A stretch of DNA of 64,000 nt from Penicillus capitatus (taxonomy: Eukaryota > Plantae > Chlorophyta): positions 1,336,081 to 1,400,080 of the forward strand of contig OZ287696.1 of the NCBI GenBank assembly GCA_965649825.1, written 5' to 3'. The notes under the pieces were generated by a model that saw only the letters and a list, made by a program, of their open reading frames with translations, ran no database searches and was not told the origin of the DNA. This document shows positions 11,283 to 25,512 of the stretch, in pieces (the first letter of the stretch is position 1; each line of letters starts with the position of its first letter). Both the position numbers and the translations under genes were made by a program.

Positions 11283-14200
11283 TCAAGCAATGCCAGTGGC
11301 AGTCGTTGGAGGCGATGATGTCATCTTCTTGTCTCCATTCAACACGGCAATGGAACCGTCGGCATCGACATCGCAGATGATGGAATCGCCTTCGTTGATC
11401 TCCCCGGCCAACATCCGTTCGGCCAAAGAGTCTTCCAGCAGACGCATGATGGCACGGCGCAAGGGACGGGCACCGTAGGCAGGATTGAATCCTTCGTCCA
11501 CTAATCGATCCTTAAAACGCTCGGTCACCTCTAACTGAATGCCTTTCTCTTCTGCTCTGCCAAAGACCTCCTTCAGCATGATCGAACAGATCTGCTTGAC
11601 TTCGGTTTTGGTCAATTGACGGAAGACGATGATCTCGTCGACGCGATTGAGGAATTCGGGACGGAAGTACTGTTTGAGCTCTTCGTTCACCAATGTCTTG
11701 ATGCGGTTGTAGCTGGAGTCTTCTTCGTTCGTATCGAACTGAAAGCCGATGCGGCCGCCGCCCTTTTCGATGACACTGCTGCCGACATTGCTCGTCATGA
11801 TGAGCAGCGTGTTTTTGAAATCGACGGTGCGGCCTTTGGAATCGGTCAGACGACCGTCCTCCAGAATCTGCAACATCATGTTGAACACATCGGGATGGGC
11901 TTTCTCAATTTCGTCGAAAAGGACGACAGTGTAGGGACGTCGACGCACGGCCTCTGTCAGCTGCCCACCTTCGCTGTAGCCGACGTATCCAGGCGGCGAT
12001 CCAATGAGTTTAGACACCGTGTGCCGTTCCATGAACTCAGACATGTCCAATCGCACCATTGCATCTTCGGAGCCAAAGTAGTAGGCGGCTAATGTCTTGG
12101 CCAGTTCGGATTTTCCGACGCCGGTGGGTCCGGAAAAGATGAAGGAGGCTATGGGTCGGCTGGGATTCTTCAATCCCACTCGGGCTCGGCGAATCGCACG
12201 AGCAATGGCAGTCACGGCCTCTTCCTGTCCAATCACACGTTTGTGCAGCACCGATTCCATATTGACCAGACGCTCGGTCTCGTCGCTCGAGACTTTCTCC
12301 ACCGGAATGCCAGTCCACTGCGAGACGATGTTGGCAATGTCGGCCTCGTCGACAAGGGGGCCGCCTTCGCCGCCTTCGGCCTCGGCTTCTTCGCCTTCCT
12401 TCGATCCTTGAGTGATCTTCTGGATGCTTGTCTTGAGTTCCATCTCTCGGTCTCTTAGCTGTCCCGCCTTTTCGAAGTCTTGTGCACGGACCGCGCTTTC
12501 CTTTTCTTTGAGCAGCGCACGCAGTTCTTTGTCCAAATCGCGTGCCTCTTCTGGCAGCTGTGCGTGACGTAGACGGACACGAGATCCTGCTTCATCCATA
12601 AGATCGATGGCTTTGTCTGGCAAGAAACGATCACTGATATACTGAGAGGAATATTTGGCAGCCGCCAGCAACGACTCATCCGTGTACTTCAGTTTGTGAT
12701 GTGACTCGTATCGTTCTCGGAGCCCCAAGAGAATCTGATACGTTTCATCGACGCTGGGTTCCAGAACCTTGACCGGCTGAAAACGCCTAGAAGAGCACCT
12801 TTAGCGAGAAAGCAGAGGCGACACCATACCTTTCGAGGGCTGGATCCTTTTCAATGTGTTTTCTGTACTCGTCCAGTGTGGTGGCACCGATGCATTGCAA
12901 TTCACCGCGAGCCAGGGCCGGTTTCAGAATGTTGGCGGCATCAATAGCGCCTTCTGCTGCACCGGCACCAATCAGTGTGTGTACTTCGTCAATCATCTAC
13001 AAACACACTTTCAGTGATCACCTACCCACTCAGCCACAAAATCGTGAGAGGTACCAATATAATCTGGTCATTCTGTTTGATTTCGTCCATTAGTTTCTTG
13101 AGGCGTTCTTCAAATTCACCTCTGTACTTCGTTCCCGCCACCAGCAACCCCATATCCAATGTCACAACCTAATCACTCTTACGTCACATCAAATCGTTGT
13201 GCGATCTGACGAGAGCACTTGTTTTCCTTCAATCGTTTCCGGAACGTCACCTCCGATGATTCTCTGTGCCAGTCCCTCCACCACTGCGGTCTTTCCGACG
13301 CCTGGTTCTCCAATGAGACATGGATTGTTCTTCGTTCGTCTTCCCAGGATCTGAACGACACGGGCGATCTCGTCTTGTCTTCCCACGACGGGATCCAACT
13401 TGCCCTGCCACCAACTCACATTCAGCCTCGTCAAATCAAAAGTGTGATGTCCACCTCTTCTGCCTGTTTTGTCAAATTCGTGCCGTACTCTTCGAGTGTG
13501 GGCATCTTGTTGGCCCCGCTCGATCCACCGCCCACTCCCGCTCCGACTGTCTCCTGACTCTCACCCACCATACGAATGACCTGATCCGGCGTTCTCCGAT
13601 TCCATCGTAACATTCTGTTGGCATGTTTACCTGACTTCTGACTTTTGCCGGATCCACTTGCAGCGCGTTAAACACTTTGGCGGCCACGCCTTCACTCTCG
13701 CGCAGCATTCCAAGAAGTAAATGCTCTGTACCGATATAACTGTGCCCTATCAAATCCATGACTTCCATTCGATCCGCCTCGCATTTGATGATGGGTTGTT
13801 ACCGAGTTGCTTTGCTTCTTCGAGGGCGAGCTCCAAAACGCGTTTGGCGCGTGGGGTGAAGGGGATCTCGACTGCCACGAATCCACTGCCTTTGCCGATG
13901 AGTTTCTGCACTTCGATCCGCGCATCTTTCAGATTCATCCCGTTTCCTTTCAGAACTTTCGCGGCGATGCCTGTCGATTCGCCAATGAGACCAAGAAGAA
14001 TCTGCTCCGTTCCGACGAAGTTGTGGCCCAGTCGACGCGATTCCTCTTGCGCAAGCATCACGACTTTGATGGCCTTCTCCGTAAAACGTTCGAACATCGC
14101 TTTCGTCACGAGCCGTACACCGCCGCGTGACGGTGAGCTGTAAAGGGGAAAGGACGGCGCGAGTGCATAGATCGAGGCGATCGCATTAACCGAGCCGAGC

Positions 14201-14343
14201 TGAGGCGAACAAACAAACGAGGACGCGAACAGACGCTTGGAGGGGCGGCCTTTGGCCGAAAAGAAGGAACGCGTCAAGCCAAACGGCGGGACGATCTTTG
14301 CAGCATAACTGCAACGAAAGCCACTCGACGTCGCACTGAGCAT
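11283..14343 (-). CDS. clpC: Chloroplast ClpC (Hsp100 AAA+ chaperone), multi-exon
   Basis: Transit-like N-terminus, [32 protein letters not shown], Walker A motifs GEPGVGKT and [11 protein letters not shown] segment, [21 protein letters not shown]. Confidence 0.97.
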
Positions 14344-14447
14344 CCTGGAGAAACAACGCACAACGCAGGAGTGCGGTTTACAAACGATGAGTCTGTACTG
14401 TCAACGTCCAGTCAACTGGGGTGACGAGTGCTGAACGCACTGTCGCC

Positions 14448-15622
14448 ATGTGGATGCCACGCGGAATCTCGTTGAAAAGAAGCGTCAGTTGGAGCTGGGT
14501 GAAGTGCATGAGATGGAGAGAATTCTCGACGGATTGTGGGAAAGAACCGGCGACAGTAAAATGGACGCCTTTGTGTGAAAGACCGGCAGATCATATCGTC
14601 TCCTCCACGTTAGTGAAGGAGATCCGGCGCATTCGGGGCGAGAGATTGAAAGACGAGTCCAAGATGTCGGGCATTCCTATGTCAGAGCTCCAGGTGGGCG
14701 TTCAGTGCGCAATGAGTGTCTCCTCTTTCTTTTAAATGGCAATAGATCGAGTGGCGATGGTTGTTGGAAGATGCCATCGAGGTGTGCGCGTACTTACTGG
14801 TTACGTCCCATCTCTCCCTTCACATCTCTCGTGCATTCTATCCAGGGTACAGAGATCGAAGACGGGGACGAAATGTGTCGTTTGAGATTGAGTCTAGAAG
14901 AGATGGAAGCGATGTGGAAGAGGCGATTGGAGGATCGTGTTCCTATTCAGTATCTGACAAATACAGTACATTGGCGAGATGTCGTCTTGGCAGTGGGGCC
15001 TGGCATCCTCATTCCGCGTCCAGAAACGGAGAAGCTCATCGATCTGGCTGAGATCGAAATACAGAAAAATGCTCAGCTCCTTCATGCGCCTTGGGCAGAT
15101 CTGGGAACGGGCTCGGGAGCCATTGCCATCTGTCTGGCTCGGTTGTTTCAGAAACGAGGAAGTCGAAGTGTGATCCATGCCATCGACCTGAGGCCCGAAT
15201 GCATCGAATGCGCCCGACGAAACGCGGAGAGACTACAGGTCTTGTCGCAGATCAGGCTGGCGAAGGGAGACTGGTTTGAGCCGCTGAGGAAGTGGAAAGG
15301 TCGAATGGGTGGCCTTGTCAGCAACCCACCATACATTCCCTCCACCGACTTACCAGAGCTGCAGCCTGAAGTTGGATGGCATGAACCAACCATCGCTCTG
15401 GACGGCGGGCCCGATGGGAGTGAAGCGCTGAGAAGACTCGTCGGCGAAGCTGCCGGATTTCTTATGGCCGGAGGGGTGCTTCTGATGGAGACGAACGGAA
15501 AAGACCAATCATCTGCTGCGGCAGAAGGACTGACATCGGGTTCTCCATCGGGATTTAGAGATGTAGAGATCCATCGTGACCTGTCTGGCGTCGAAAGATT
15601 CGTGTCCGCAGTCAGATGCTGA
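14448..15622 (+). CDS. hemK: Release factor glutamine methyltransferase (HemK/PrmC)
   Basis: PIQY, LIPRPETE, DLGTGSGAIA, SNPPY, ALDGG. Confidence 0.92.
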
Positions 15623-15819
15623 GGTTTCTCGTATGCGGTTGTGATCGTCCGTCTATCTGTCTTCTCATTCAAGCCGAGGAGTGTTTGACAGGAAATCGCC
15701 AGCAATGTGGACCCTTGAACCTCGCACTCCGATTGCAGACGGAAACCTTTCGATCGACGCTCACGCTTCGAGAGATCAGAGCAGAACAAAACTGGTCTCA
15801 AAAAGAGGTCTTCCAGGTC

Positions 15820-17072
15820 TCACATTCTGAGTCCACGCACGGAGAAACCGCCGTCGATGTACAGGGTCTGTCCTGTCATGAAAGAAGCTCCGGGTCCGCT
15901 GACGAACAACACAGGGCCTAGAAGCATAGACGACTCTTCCGCTGAGAAACACCCCGAATGCCGAATTGTGACTTGCTATCTCCTCTGGTTTTCCCATCCT
16001 CTTCATCGGCGTCTCCCGCAGCAAATCATCCACGAAACCTTCCTGTCTCTTCAGCTACCGTCCACGAACGCACGCACGCGGTCAGGGAGAAGAACGATGC
16101 AGAGTCTGGAATAGAGGTACTGTAGCTAGAAGAGACGTATCGATGAAGCCAGGGGCGATGCAGTTCACTCGAATGCCGTCCAATGCCCACTAGCACGCCA
16201 GGTTCTTCGCCAGCTGATTCAGGGATGCCTTGGTCATAGCATAGACGCAACCTCGATGCGAAAGAGAACTCATTGGCAGATGCCATAAACGAAGGAGATA
16301 CCAGAATACAAAGCTCTTGTTGCGGCGACAGATCCAATCAGCACCACGCTCGAAGGTCGACCCGCACACAACATGGAATGGCACATCTGCGTGCACTCCG
16401 TTAGTGTCTCGCATGCCGCTACGTCGATCTGGAAACTCGAGATATATCGTAACAGGAACGGAGGTTGGCGTTCATAACGTAATCGTAGTCCTGAAAACCA
16501 ATAAGCATCTGTGGCAGAGTATAAACGACCTGAGCTGTCGCACCGTTTCTTCGTACTCTATTGCCCTCTTACGTACGTTCAACCCGGCATTGTTCACTGA
16601 AGCAGTGTCATGTGCGAAGGCAGAGATAGATGCATCTTACCGAGCGCATTCAGCTTGCCATCGAAGCTCTTCTCTATCTAAGCATCACGGAAGAAGGGAG
16701 CATTCGTCCAAGGGAATCCATTCACGGCGTCTAAGCGCACCTTCTGGATCATCGCCTGCAGATCTTCCTTGTTGCCGACGTCGCAGACACATCCCTTGAT
16801 GAGTAGAGAACAGATGTAGAGAGACGCCACAGATTCCTTTTGGGTCAACCTGGACGTCGTATCCACTCTCCTTCCACTCTGCCAACGTCTCGTCCAGCTC
16901 TTGCTCTTTTCGCGAGCAGGTGAAAACCTGACAGTTGAATGGAAGAAGATTTGGGCGTGATCGCGAGACACACCTGCGCTCCTTCGGCAGCGAACGCTTC
17001 GACAATCGCCTTGCCGATGCCCCTGGTGCCTCCCGTGACCAGACAGGTTTTCCCTTTCCAGTGCGACGTCAT
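15820..17072 (-). CDS. Short-chain dehydrogenase/reductase, tropinone reductase-like
   Basis: VTGGTRGIG, YAMTKASLNQLAKNLAC (YxxxK), TPMKRMGKPEEIA, MTGQTLYIDGG. Confidence 0.9.
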
Positions 17073-18030
17073 CTCAGGGCGATGTCGAGCAACGGCTGCG
17101 AGTTCGGCAACTCTGTCTCTCTCGTGAGAAGAGTACTCGGTGTACCGAAGTTTCAAGACAAGACACAGAAGGTAGATCGAAGCAATACGAACGCGGTGTA
17201 CGACTCACAGTGTACGTACGGGTCCTATCCGTCACAGCCAGTTTTTAAGGATCTCGTGACCCTTAGTTCTGTTTGCGCGAACGATCGCCGACTATTCGAT
17301 TCTTGGCCATCCTTCGTCTGACCTGATACTCATTGCATAGTGCAAAGCGCTTCAATGCTTCTGGAAGGACGGCGCGACGAAATTTTTTCTTCCTAAATTT
17401 CGGATGATGAGACTCTGATATGCATCGTGGATCCGCAGAAGGGGAAGAAGAGAGAGGTTCTGTCGATCGTTATGACCGGCCATTCGTTACACTGAGCTTT
17501 TTGCGGCTTAGATTTGTTTCCCCTCAGATAAAGCGAGTATCGTGCGCCGCCTAGCTCGTGCTCGTTGACTACGGAAGCAATCTTAAATCTCAATAATGGC
17601 TTTTGGTTTCTCCGTCAACCGTCGTCGGCCTCAGAGCTGCGCAAGAGTTTTTCTTGGGAATGATGTTGTGCGTGACGTAAAGCTCAAGCGGCGCCATCCC
17701 TTGGCTTTTCAACCAACCGTCATCGTCTATAGCCTCAAAGTCATTTATGCATTCTGATGAAGATGATACGGAGCGCATTACGTAAACCTCAGGTAACCAC
17801 ATCGTGCGCTCTCTGTACTCGATGAAAAGCGACAATTGCGACTTCGTGTTAGAAGCAACCTGTCAGACGGTACCCCGATCACATCGAGAGCCGTCGCTGA
17901 TTGATTCTCCCTTTCTGTTCCCTTATACAACGAGACAAGATCGTCGGTTGCTGAACGCGTTGCGACAGGTTCACGGTTCTCATGTCCCAGGGGCATAGAA
18001 CGCATTTTTGCCGCTTACTTAGGTTTGCCA

Positions 18031-20710
18031 ATGGCAACGACCACAGAAGTGCGACGGCCGAGGCGTTCCTTGGACAATTCGGTTTGCTATATCTCACAGT
18101 TCAAGGAAGGGACAAATGGGAAAAGCGCCATGAATTTGCCCGAATTTGTTCGCGCGATGGGATTCAGAAGCGAAATTTTCGCGCGAAGACTCTTCGAATC
18201 GATCGACGCCGATGATTCTGGCGACATTACTTTGGAAGAGTTCATCTCGGGTCTACAGAAGCTACGGGCCACAGACGTCAGCGAACGCGTTCGTTTTATA
18301 TTCGGCATTTTTGATCTGGACGGCGATGGCTCCCTCAGCGGAGAAGAATTGCGAATCATCCTCGAGGCAAGTATGGAAGAAGAGGGTGGCGTGCTCACCG
18401 AAGAAGAAAGCTCGAGTTTGGTGAGTTCTCTCTTGCATCTGTTTGGCGCAGACGAGAAATCGCACATTAGCTACGCAGAGTTTGAAAATGTGATCACAAC
18501 GTACCCAGACTTGCTCAATGGCCTGACGTTAGGGCGATTTGGCATGCGAACGACGCCTCCCACCGTTCGAGTCGCCAAGAAGAGTTTTAGATATGCGCGC
18601 AAGGCGCTTTCCTGGATCGTCAATAATCCACAGTGCCTTTTCACATACGGCATCGTCATTCTGTTGCTTCTGGCGAGTTTTCTGTGGAAGTTCATGGACT
18701 ACGCAGGCGATTGCGACGGTGCGGATATGGAGATGGAAGATCCTGTTACAGGGTATTCGCGACAAGACATCATGGAACTTTCAAAGAACAACGGCGACAT
18801 GGATATGCGTTCAGAAGACATGCACTACATGGTTTTCAGCAAAGCGATGGCAGTGGCTGATCCGATCGAGTGCACAAATGCTCGGTTGCGCAAACTCCTC
18901 GGATGGACGCTGCCTGTTGCAAAGGGATGCGCTCAAGCCATGAAAGTGACTTTTACACTTATCCTTCTGCCCGTATCGAGAAATCTGATGACCACACTCA
19001 GAGACACCATCCTCAGACGCTTCTTCCGCTTCGACAGGGCAATTGAATTCCACAGGTGAGGACAGTCATCTCCGTTACTGCGCGAAATGCGAAACCGATG
19101 CCGCTGTTTGCGTTTGAAGATTCCTCGGAAAGGTTGGATTCTTATTGGCATGGACGCACACCATCTGTCACATCATCGTCGCTATGAACCTTCAAGATCC
19201 AAATCGTTACCATTACTGGTCCTGGGCCTTTCCTGAAGACCGAACGCCGAGCGACATGCGCGGCATTCAGCGAGATACTGACGGACATCCGATGCATGAC
19301 GAAGACGGTCGTCTGATGTACAACAACGCAAGCAGTGAACATGGCATGCCCCAGATGCTCTACAACGATCACCCACAGCCGACACTCACAGACATTGTCA
19401 CATCTGGTGTCGTGGTGACAGGCATCTTTCTGATATCCATCTACAGTTTTGCAGCTCTCTTCGCATTCGACTATCCAAAGAAGCTATCCATGTTCAAGAG
19501 AAGGGAGAACGACGAGGCAAAGCGTTGGAGACAATGGGTCGTTGCGATCGGTCACTGGTTGAACGGATTCAACAACTTCTGGTACTCGCACCATCTGTTC
19601 AGCATCTTCTACGTCGTCCTTCTCCTTCATCCGATGCCGAGTCTCCCGGACGGGACCAGCGATTCGGGCGGAAGTGATTCTTGGATGTGGGTCGGGATAC
19701 CTGTGCTGATCTACGTGACGGAACGCATCGTACGAGTCAAGCGCAGCACGAGCAATACAAGAGTCGTCGGCGCAGATCTGCTCGATGGAGACGTCGTGGG
19801 TCTTCGCCTTCTCCGTCCACGTGGATTCAGGTACACCCCGGGTCAGTACGTTTTCATCCGTTGTCCTCAGATTTCTCTCTTGGAGTGGCATCCATTCACA
19901 TTGACCTCCTGTCCCGGAGACTCTTACCTCGGCGTCCATGTCCGCAAGGCTGGTGACTGGACTGCTGCTTTGCATCAATTGGTCGAAGAACATGTGCAGG
20001 AGAAGAAGGAATCCACCTCGACTGATGACACGATTGTCTCCGTGGGCTCAAAGCACCGCATCAAGCCGGTGCTCGGCGATGAGTTTGATGTCACCGATCG
20101 TTTCAACTTCACCATCTCCGTGGATGGCCCCTTCGGCGCCCCGGCTCAGAACTATTCAGATTACAAGGTCATCGTGCTCATTGGCGCTGGAATCGGAGTG
20201 ACGCCTTTTGCATCCGTCCTCACACACTTGCTGGATGCGCTCAAGCAATGCTCCTGCCCGAGATGCGGCTACTGCAATCCGCATTTCATGCGCACACGTG
20301 TGAAGAAGGTTTACTTCTACTGGACCGTGCGATCGCGTTCCGAGGCGTCGTGGTTTAAGCATCTCCTCGAGGCCATCTCGCAGCGTGACGAGGATGGTCT
20401 GCTAGACATACAGGTCAACATTACTGGCATCAAACGGGCCAATGATCTCAGGACGATGATGCTCAGTATCGCACAGTTCGAATCCGGGGAGCCTTCGATG
20501 TCCGATGTCCATTCCCGCACCGTCACGCGTTTCGGACGCATCAATTGGAATGACGTTTTTGAGAAAGTCAAGATCGACTTCCCAAGCGAATCAAGTGTGG
20601 GCGTTTTTTACTGCGGCCCCAACACCATTGCAAAGATCCTTGACAAAATGTGCCGCCAAAACAGCAAAGGACCCACAAAGTTTTCCTTTATGAAAGAATC
20701 TTTCGGTTAG
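18031..20710 (+). CDS. RBOH: EF-hand NADPH oxidase (RBOH/NOX5-like); true start may lie in an upstream exon
   Basis: Two EF-hands (DADDSGDITLEEF, DLDGDGSLSGEEL), LPVSRN, FDRAIEFH, FWYSHHL, EWHPFTLTS, VDGPFGAP, GAGIGVTPF, VGVFYCGP. Confidence 0.95.
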
Positions 20711-22121
20711 GAATTTTTTCCGATATCAACATTGGGATACTTGGCGGGAATCGTCTCAGTATTTGTGACTTGGGTGTTTTGCGTGGTTTGACTGCTCTGC
20801 TGTTGTTTGTTTGACGTATTCAGGAATCATGACAGAAGTGATGAATGGGCCTATCTTTATCTTTTTTGTAGAGATTCTTTTGGCACCAAATTTTCTCAGG
20901 GATTCTTTCTTTCTGGAAAGAACAGGAGATGCCTGCCTGATTACTAGAAGCGTAACGGCACGGGGCTTTGGTATTGATGTTTTCATACACAAAATTGCTG
21001 AAGGGAGTGAGGGCTGGCATCTATGCTTCGCATTGTACGGGGTACTCAGGGAGGGAACAGCGTCGCTGTCTGTGACGCAGGTACTTATTTTGTGCGCTCC
21101 ACCTTCGACGTCTTTTCGTCGAGCTGGAGGGGAATCAAAAAGGATCGAAGAAGAGACACTTCTTTGTCTGTTTGTATTGGTCTAGATTTTCCATACTAGA
21201 CTATCCTAGCGATTCTTTCTGAGAAAACGAAAGAACACTCGATTGCTAGGTGCGTTTTCGTCTGGGGGTGTTATACTGGTTTTTCGTATTTACAAGCGTG
21301 AAGTATTGAGGAGCATTTGCTCTCTATATGGTCTATTCTTTCAACAGATTGCCACAAGCAAGTGGACGGACACCTCTTGATTCAGGGTTGTGATTAGAGA
21401 TGTAATGATGTGACCTGCGGAAGTCGTGTGCCGAGTTGTATGACTCTCTGTTTAAGATCCACACGCTGCTGGAGTTGAATGATAACAGCCAAAGAATAGA
21501 TGGCGACGCCTCGTGTGACTTTGCTTTCTGGTCATCACATGTTTTATCAACCTGGGACGTCGCAGGTGTACGAGGACAAACAGCCGCGTCTTTGGACGAA
21601 GACCAAGAAAACGGAATCCGTCAAAGGGATCAACTCTGGCATGCACGAACTGTTCTGTGCAGGAATCGATGCCACCAGCCATGACTGTGAAGATTCGGAG
21701 GCGTGTAGCATTAAGCGATGGCGAACGCACTAGCAAAGAAGACGCGTCGTCCGACCTTGCTTCTCTGTCGATGTCCTGTCAGTCCTGTCAATCTCGAGCG
21801 ATGGTAGTGTGATGCATATGCAGCAGCAGCTCTTTTACGCGACGGAGCTGGCAAAGCTTCTCTTGTCGAAGAAGATGAACGTAGCTGTCAGTGACTAAGG
21901 ACCCTCTCCGAATGTAATATGTTGATGCAAAAACGAACACTCTTTGACCGGCCAGGAGAGTCCGCTGAGGGAGGAAGAGTGGATAATCGTGTACGGGGAA
22001 GTGTTCGGCGAGGCTGCCACGCACCAGTCCGAAGGCCCACACTTGCAATCGTCGTTACACGCTATCGGTGTTCCATTATCGAAAGGCAGAATTATCTACC
22101 GCTCTCCAGAGACGCCTATTG

Positions 22122-23998
22122 TCAGCTTGAACCGATCGGGATCTTGTACTGCATGGACTCCTTCTGAATCTGCTGACAGCTCTTCTCCACCAAATCGAGC
22201 AGCTTGGAGATGTTCTCTGCCCAACTGTTCAAAATGGCGTCCGATTCAAGGGCACTTCCGAAGACAATGATCCCCGAAGGTCGATCGATTTTTGCCCGAA
22301 TTGCCTTCTTCACAACGAGCTGCGACAGTTGCTCCTCGGTCTAGATGATACAGAACACAGTTGCTTCGACTGTGACTCGGAAAGCAGTCACACCTCGTCC
22401 GGAGTGAGATCAAGGAGCTCCGAGAGACGCTTCATGTGCATTCGGGTGTAGTACTCGGATAGCACTAAGAGATTGTGTTCCGTAATGCGTGATCTATGCC
22501 AACAGAGATAGCGCGATGCAGAGATGAAATGCTCTGTACTTGAGATCGGCCAGACGTGCAGCGCCATCTTCTCCGCCGAAGATGTCCGACTCCTCCGCGA
22601 TGGCTGTCTCGAAATCGCTCCTGAACACTGGCCAGTTCACCAACTACGAACAGTCAGCCGGATACGTCTCGCCATGAGCTTCGCAACCCATCGCACTTCT
22701 TTGGTGATAAAGGTCTTGAGCAGCTGTTTGTGCAGCGGAATGTCATTGATCTTTTTGTCGGCGATCGTGAGGTTCAAAAGCGTGAGCTGATCGGATGAGG
22801 ACATCGCATCGGTTGAATGCTGGGGAGCCAAAACCACATACCAACAGATCTTCTTCAGCAACTGCACCGTATCAGCCATACTCAACTCCGAATGCGCCAG
22901 TCACTAAAAACACGGCTTACCGTTTTCCACCTCTCCGGATCCTCTGCAATATCTCTGGACTCGTACATGGCTTTGTACGCTCTGCAGATTTCCAGGTAGT
23001 CATTAAACTTGCGATGGTATCTGATGAGTGTGTTGTAGTACATGACCTTGAGATCGGACAAAGAAGGAACATCCTGAACAGAAGCAATGGATTCGATCAG
23101 GAGGTCCAGTGCGCGAGAAGACCTCGTCTGGCGCCTCGATCGCCGTTCCTTCGATACCGATCTCTCCGGCTCCTTCGCCTCTTCGTTCGACGAATGCTCT
23201 GGGGCTGATCTTCTTCGAAAGGATCTGAGCCCGCACGAAGTCTCCCTTGTCCATACAGAGACGCACTTGCTCCAGAATGAAAGCGATTTTCTCGGACTTG
23301 GCCATGGCACCATACGTCTCCTGCCAGCAATGCATGTCTCATCTCTGGTCACACGTTCTGTCTAGTGACGGACACACCACAGCGACTTCTTGCAGCACAT
23401 CCGCCGCTTCGGCGATGTTCCCTTGTGCTTCTCTGATTTTGGCCAATTTCTTCGTCAGCCTTGCGCGCTCGATCTCCACAAAGATCTGGCCAGACACTGC
23501 TGCATGCGAATCCACCAACGTCACACTTTCGCACCTTTCCTTCTGTCACGGCCTGAAGTGTTTTAATTAGCTCCACTCGTGTTGCTTCATCTGGCGTGTG
23601 GTCAATGTGCTCCATAGCCTTGCGCACAAAGGCTTGAATGGCCTGGCATCGCGAAGGTATGCATTCAATATGCGTAAGGGTTCGACTGGACTTGTTTGAG
23701 TTGACCCCGCCGCTTTGCGAGAATCGTGATTTGCTCATTGAGCAGCTTCCATTTCTTTGCCTGGAAACAGACTTCGATGACAGCGAGGCAGCATGCTCGC
23801 GTTTTGGCGACGTCTTCCGCCACGCGCTGCGCCTTCTCGAGCGACAGCAGCCTCTCGATAGCTTCGCTCAGATCTCCCTAAGATTCGGGCACGGTGCATC
23901 AGAATGCTTGCCTGGTATTAAGCTGGCCATACCGTTCGCGCCACTTGTTTGGCGAGGTCGAGTTCGTGCTCGAACGACGTCGTTGAGTCGACCTCCAT
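22122..23998 (-). CDS. RPN5: 26S proteasome lid subunit RPN5/PSMD12, multi-exon
   Basis: [63 protein letters not shown]. Confidence 0.95.
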
Positions 23999-24046
23999 TT
24001 GAGCAAACGAAGATGGGAAGAATGACGTTCGAAATTGGCAAAGACG

Positions 24047-25375
24047 ATGTTGGGACAACGTCTAAGTCGATGCCCGTGGGAACGACGTTTCGCCGACCTG
24101 GGATCAACGCGCCACATCTATCGCCAGCTTCGGCGATTGACAATCTCCCTTGAGAACGATGCGACGGATGTCAGTGCTTCAGACCTTTCGATTACAGCGG
24201 AGAGCGGGGGGCGCTATAAGAAGAAGAACCAAGAACCCAAAGTCGGCAAGAATCGTCAACGGCTTAGCAAGGTGTATAGTCATAAAGCGATCGCACTTTT
24301 TTAAGAGAGAGATGTGGCTAAGGTGCTGGCGCGGTTGGGTCTTGCTTCCAGAAGGAGGGCAGAAGATATCATTGCCGACGGACGCGTCACGGTAAACGGC
24401 GAGTGTGTGATCGTTCCGCAGACACTTGTGCGATTCAAGCTCGACAAAGTGAGGGACACGAGCCAAACGAGCTCCGCGCCGTATCTCGCAAATCTCTTCA
24501 TGCAGATCGAGGTGGATGGCGAGGAAATCAGATACATGCCTCCCAAGCCATTCTACTTCGCCGTGAACAAACCCGAAGGCTACGCCTGTACCTCGGTCGC
24601 CGCCTTGGATGACGACGGAAACCGACAAAAGATCGTGTTGGATCTGTTCAAGGAATGGATGAATGAGCAGAAGAAAAAGTGCCGCGACGTAAGATGATTT
24701 GAAGCTAGCCATTTCCGTCTCGGATGACGCTGTCTACTCAGGGTCGACTTCCTCCGAGACTGTTCACGGTAGGCCGTTTGGACAAGGATTCGAGGGGACT
24801 CATTTTTGTGACCAACGACGGTACGGTGCTATGTGCATGAGCATTCGTAGATCTGTTGTGTAGGGCAATGGGCTCAGCAGGTGTCCCATCCTTCGTCCGG
24901 ATTGACAAAGGTGCGTTCGATTGTGTACAAAGGCGTCTGAAGACACTGGACACGAAAATGCCTAGGAATACGTGGTGCACACAACGCCAGAGGCGACGAT
25001 GACCGACATCCGGGAGATCGGGAAAGGATGCGAAGTCGATGGAAAGTTTGTAGTTCCAGTTGGCGTGATGAAAGACGAGGATTTTTTGCGAGTGGTCGTG
25101 GAGGAGGGGCGCAACAGAGAGGTGCATCGGCCTTGCTTTCAGGATTGCGGCAGTGAAAGATGATGCAGGTTCGAACGCTTGTGGAGAATACCGGGTTGTT
25201 AGTGAGAATTCTTAAACGCGTGCGGATTGGAGGATACCGAATGCCATCCAGTCACAAGAACGGCAAAATCAGGTTGGTTCTTCCGAAAGGAATAAGGATC
25301 GTACGGTATCTGCACCACAGGGTGCTTCAAGCACACGAGAGACGACGAATGATGAATCCAGGATCTCTGAACTAA
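24047..25375 (+). CDS. RsuA/RluB-family rRNA pseudouridine synthase with S4 domain (organellar)
   Basis: S4 domain RLSK|VLARLGLASRRRAEDIIADGRVTVNG, NKPEGY, catalytic GRLDKDS, EGRNRE, LKRVRIGG. Confidence 0.92.
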
Positions 25376-25512
25376 GAGTGCAAACGTGTGCACGGTGTCA
25401 CAAAGAATGCATCTCACGCAAAAACTGTTCAGATACAGCATTTTTGAGCCGACCCAACGTTGGATCGATAGCCCCCGGTTGGTTCCGTTGTACGTGCATG
25501 GACCGATGTTAT

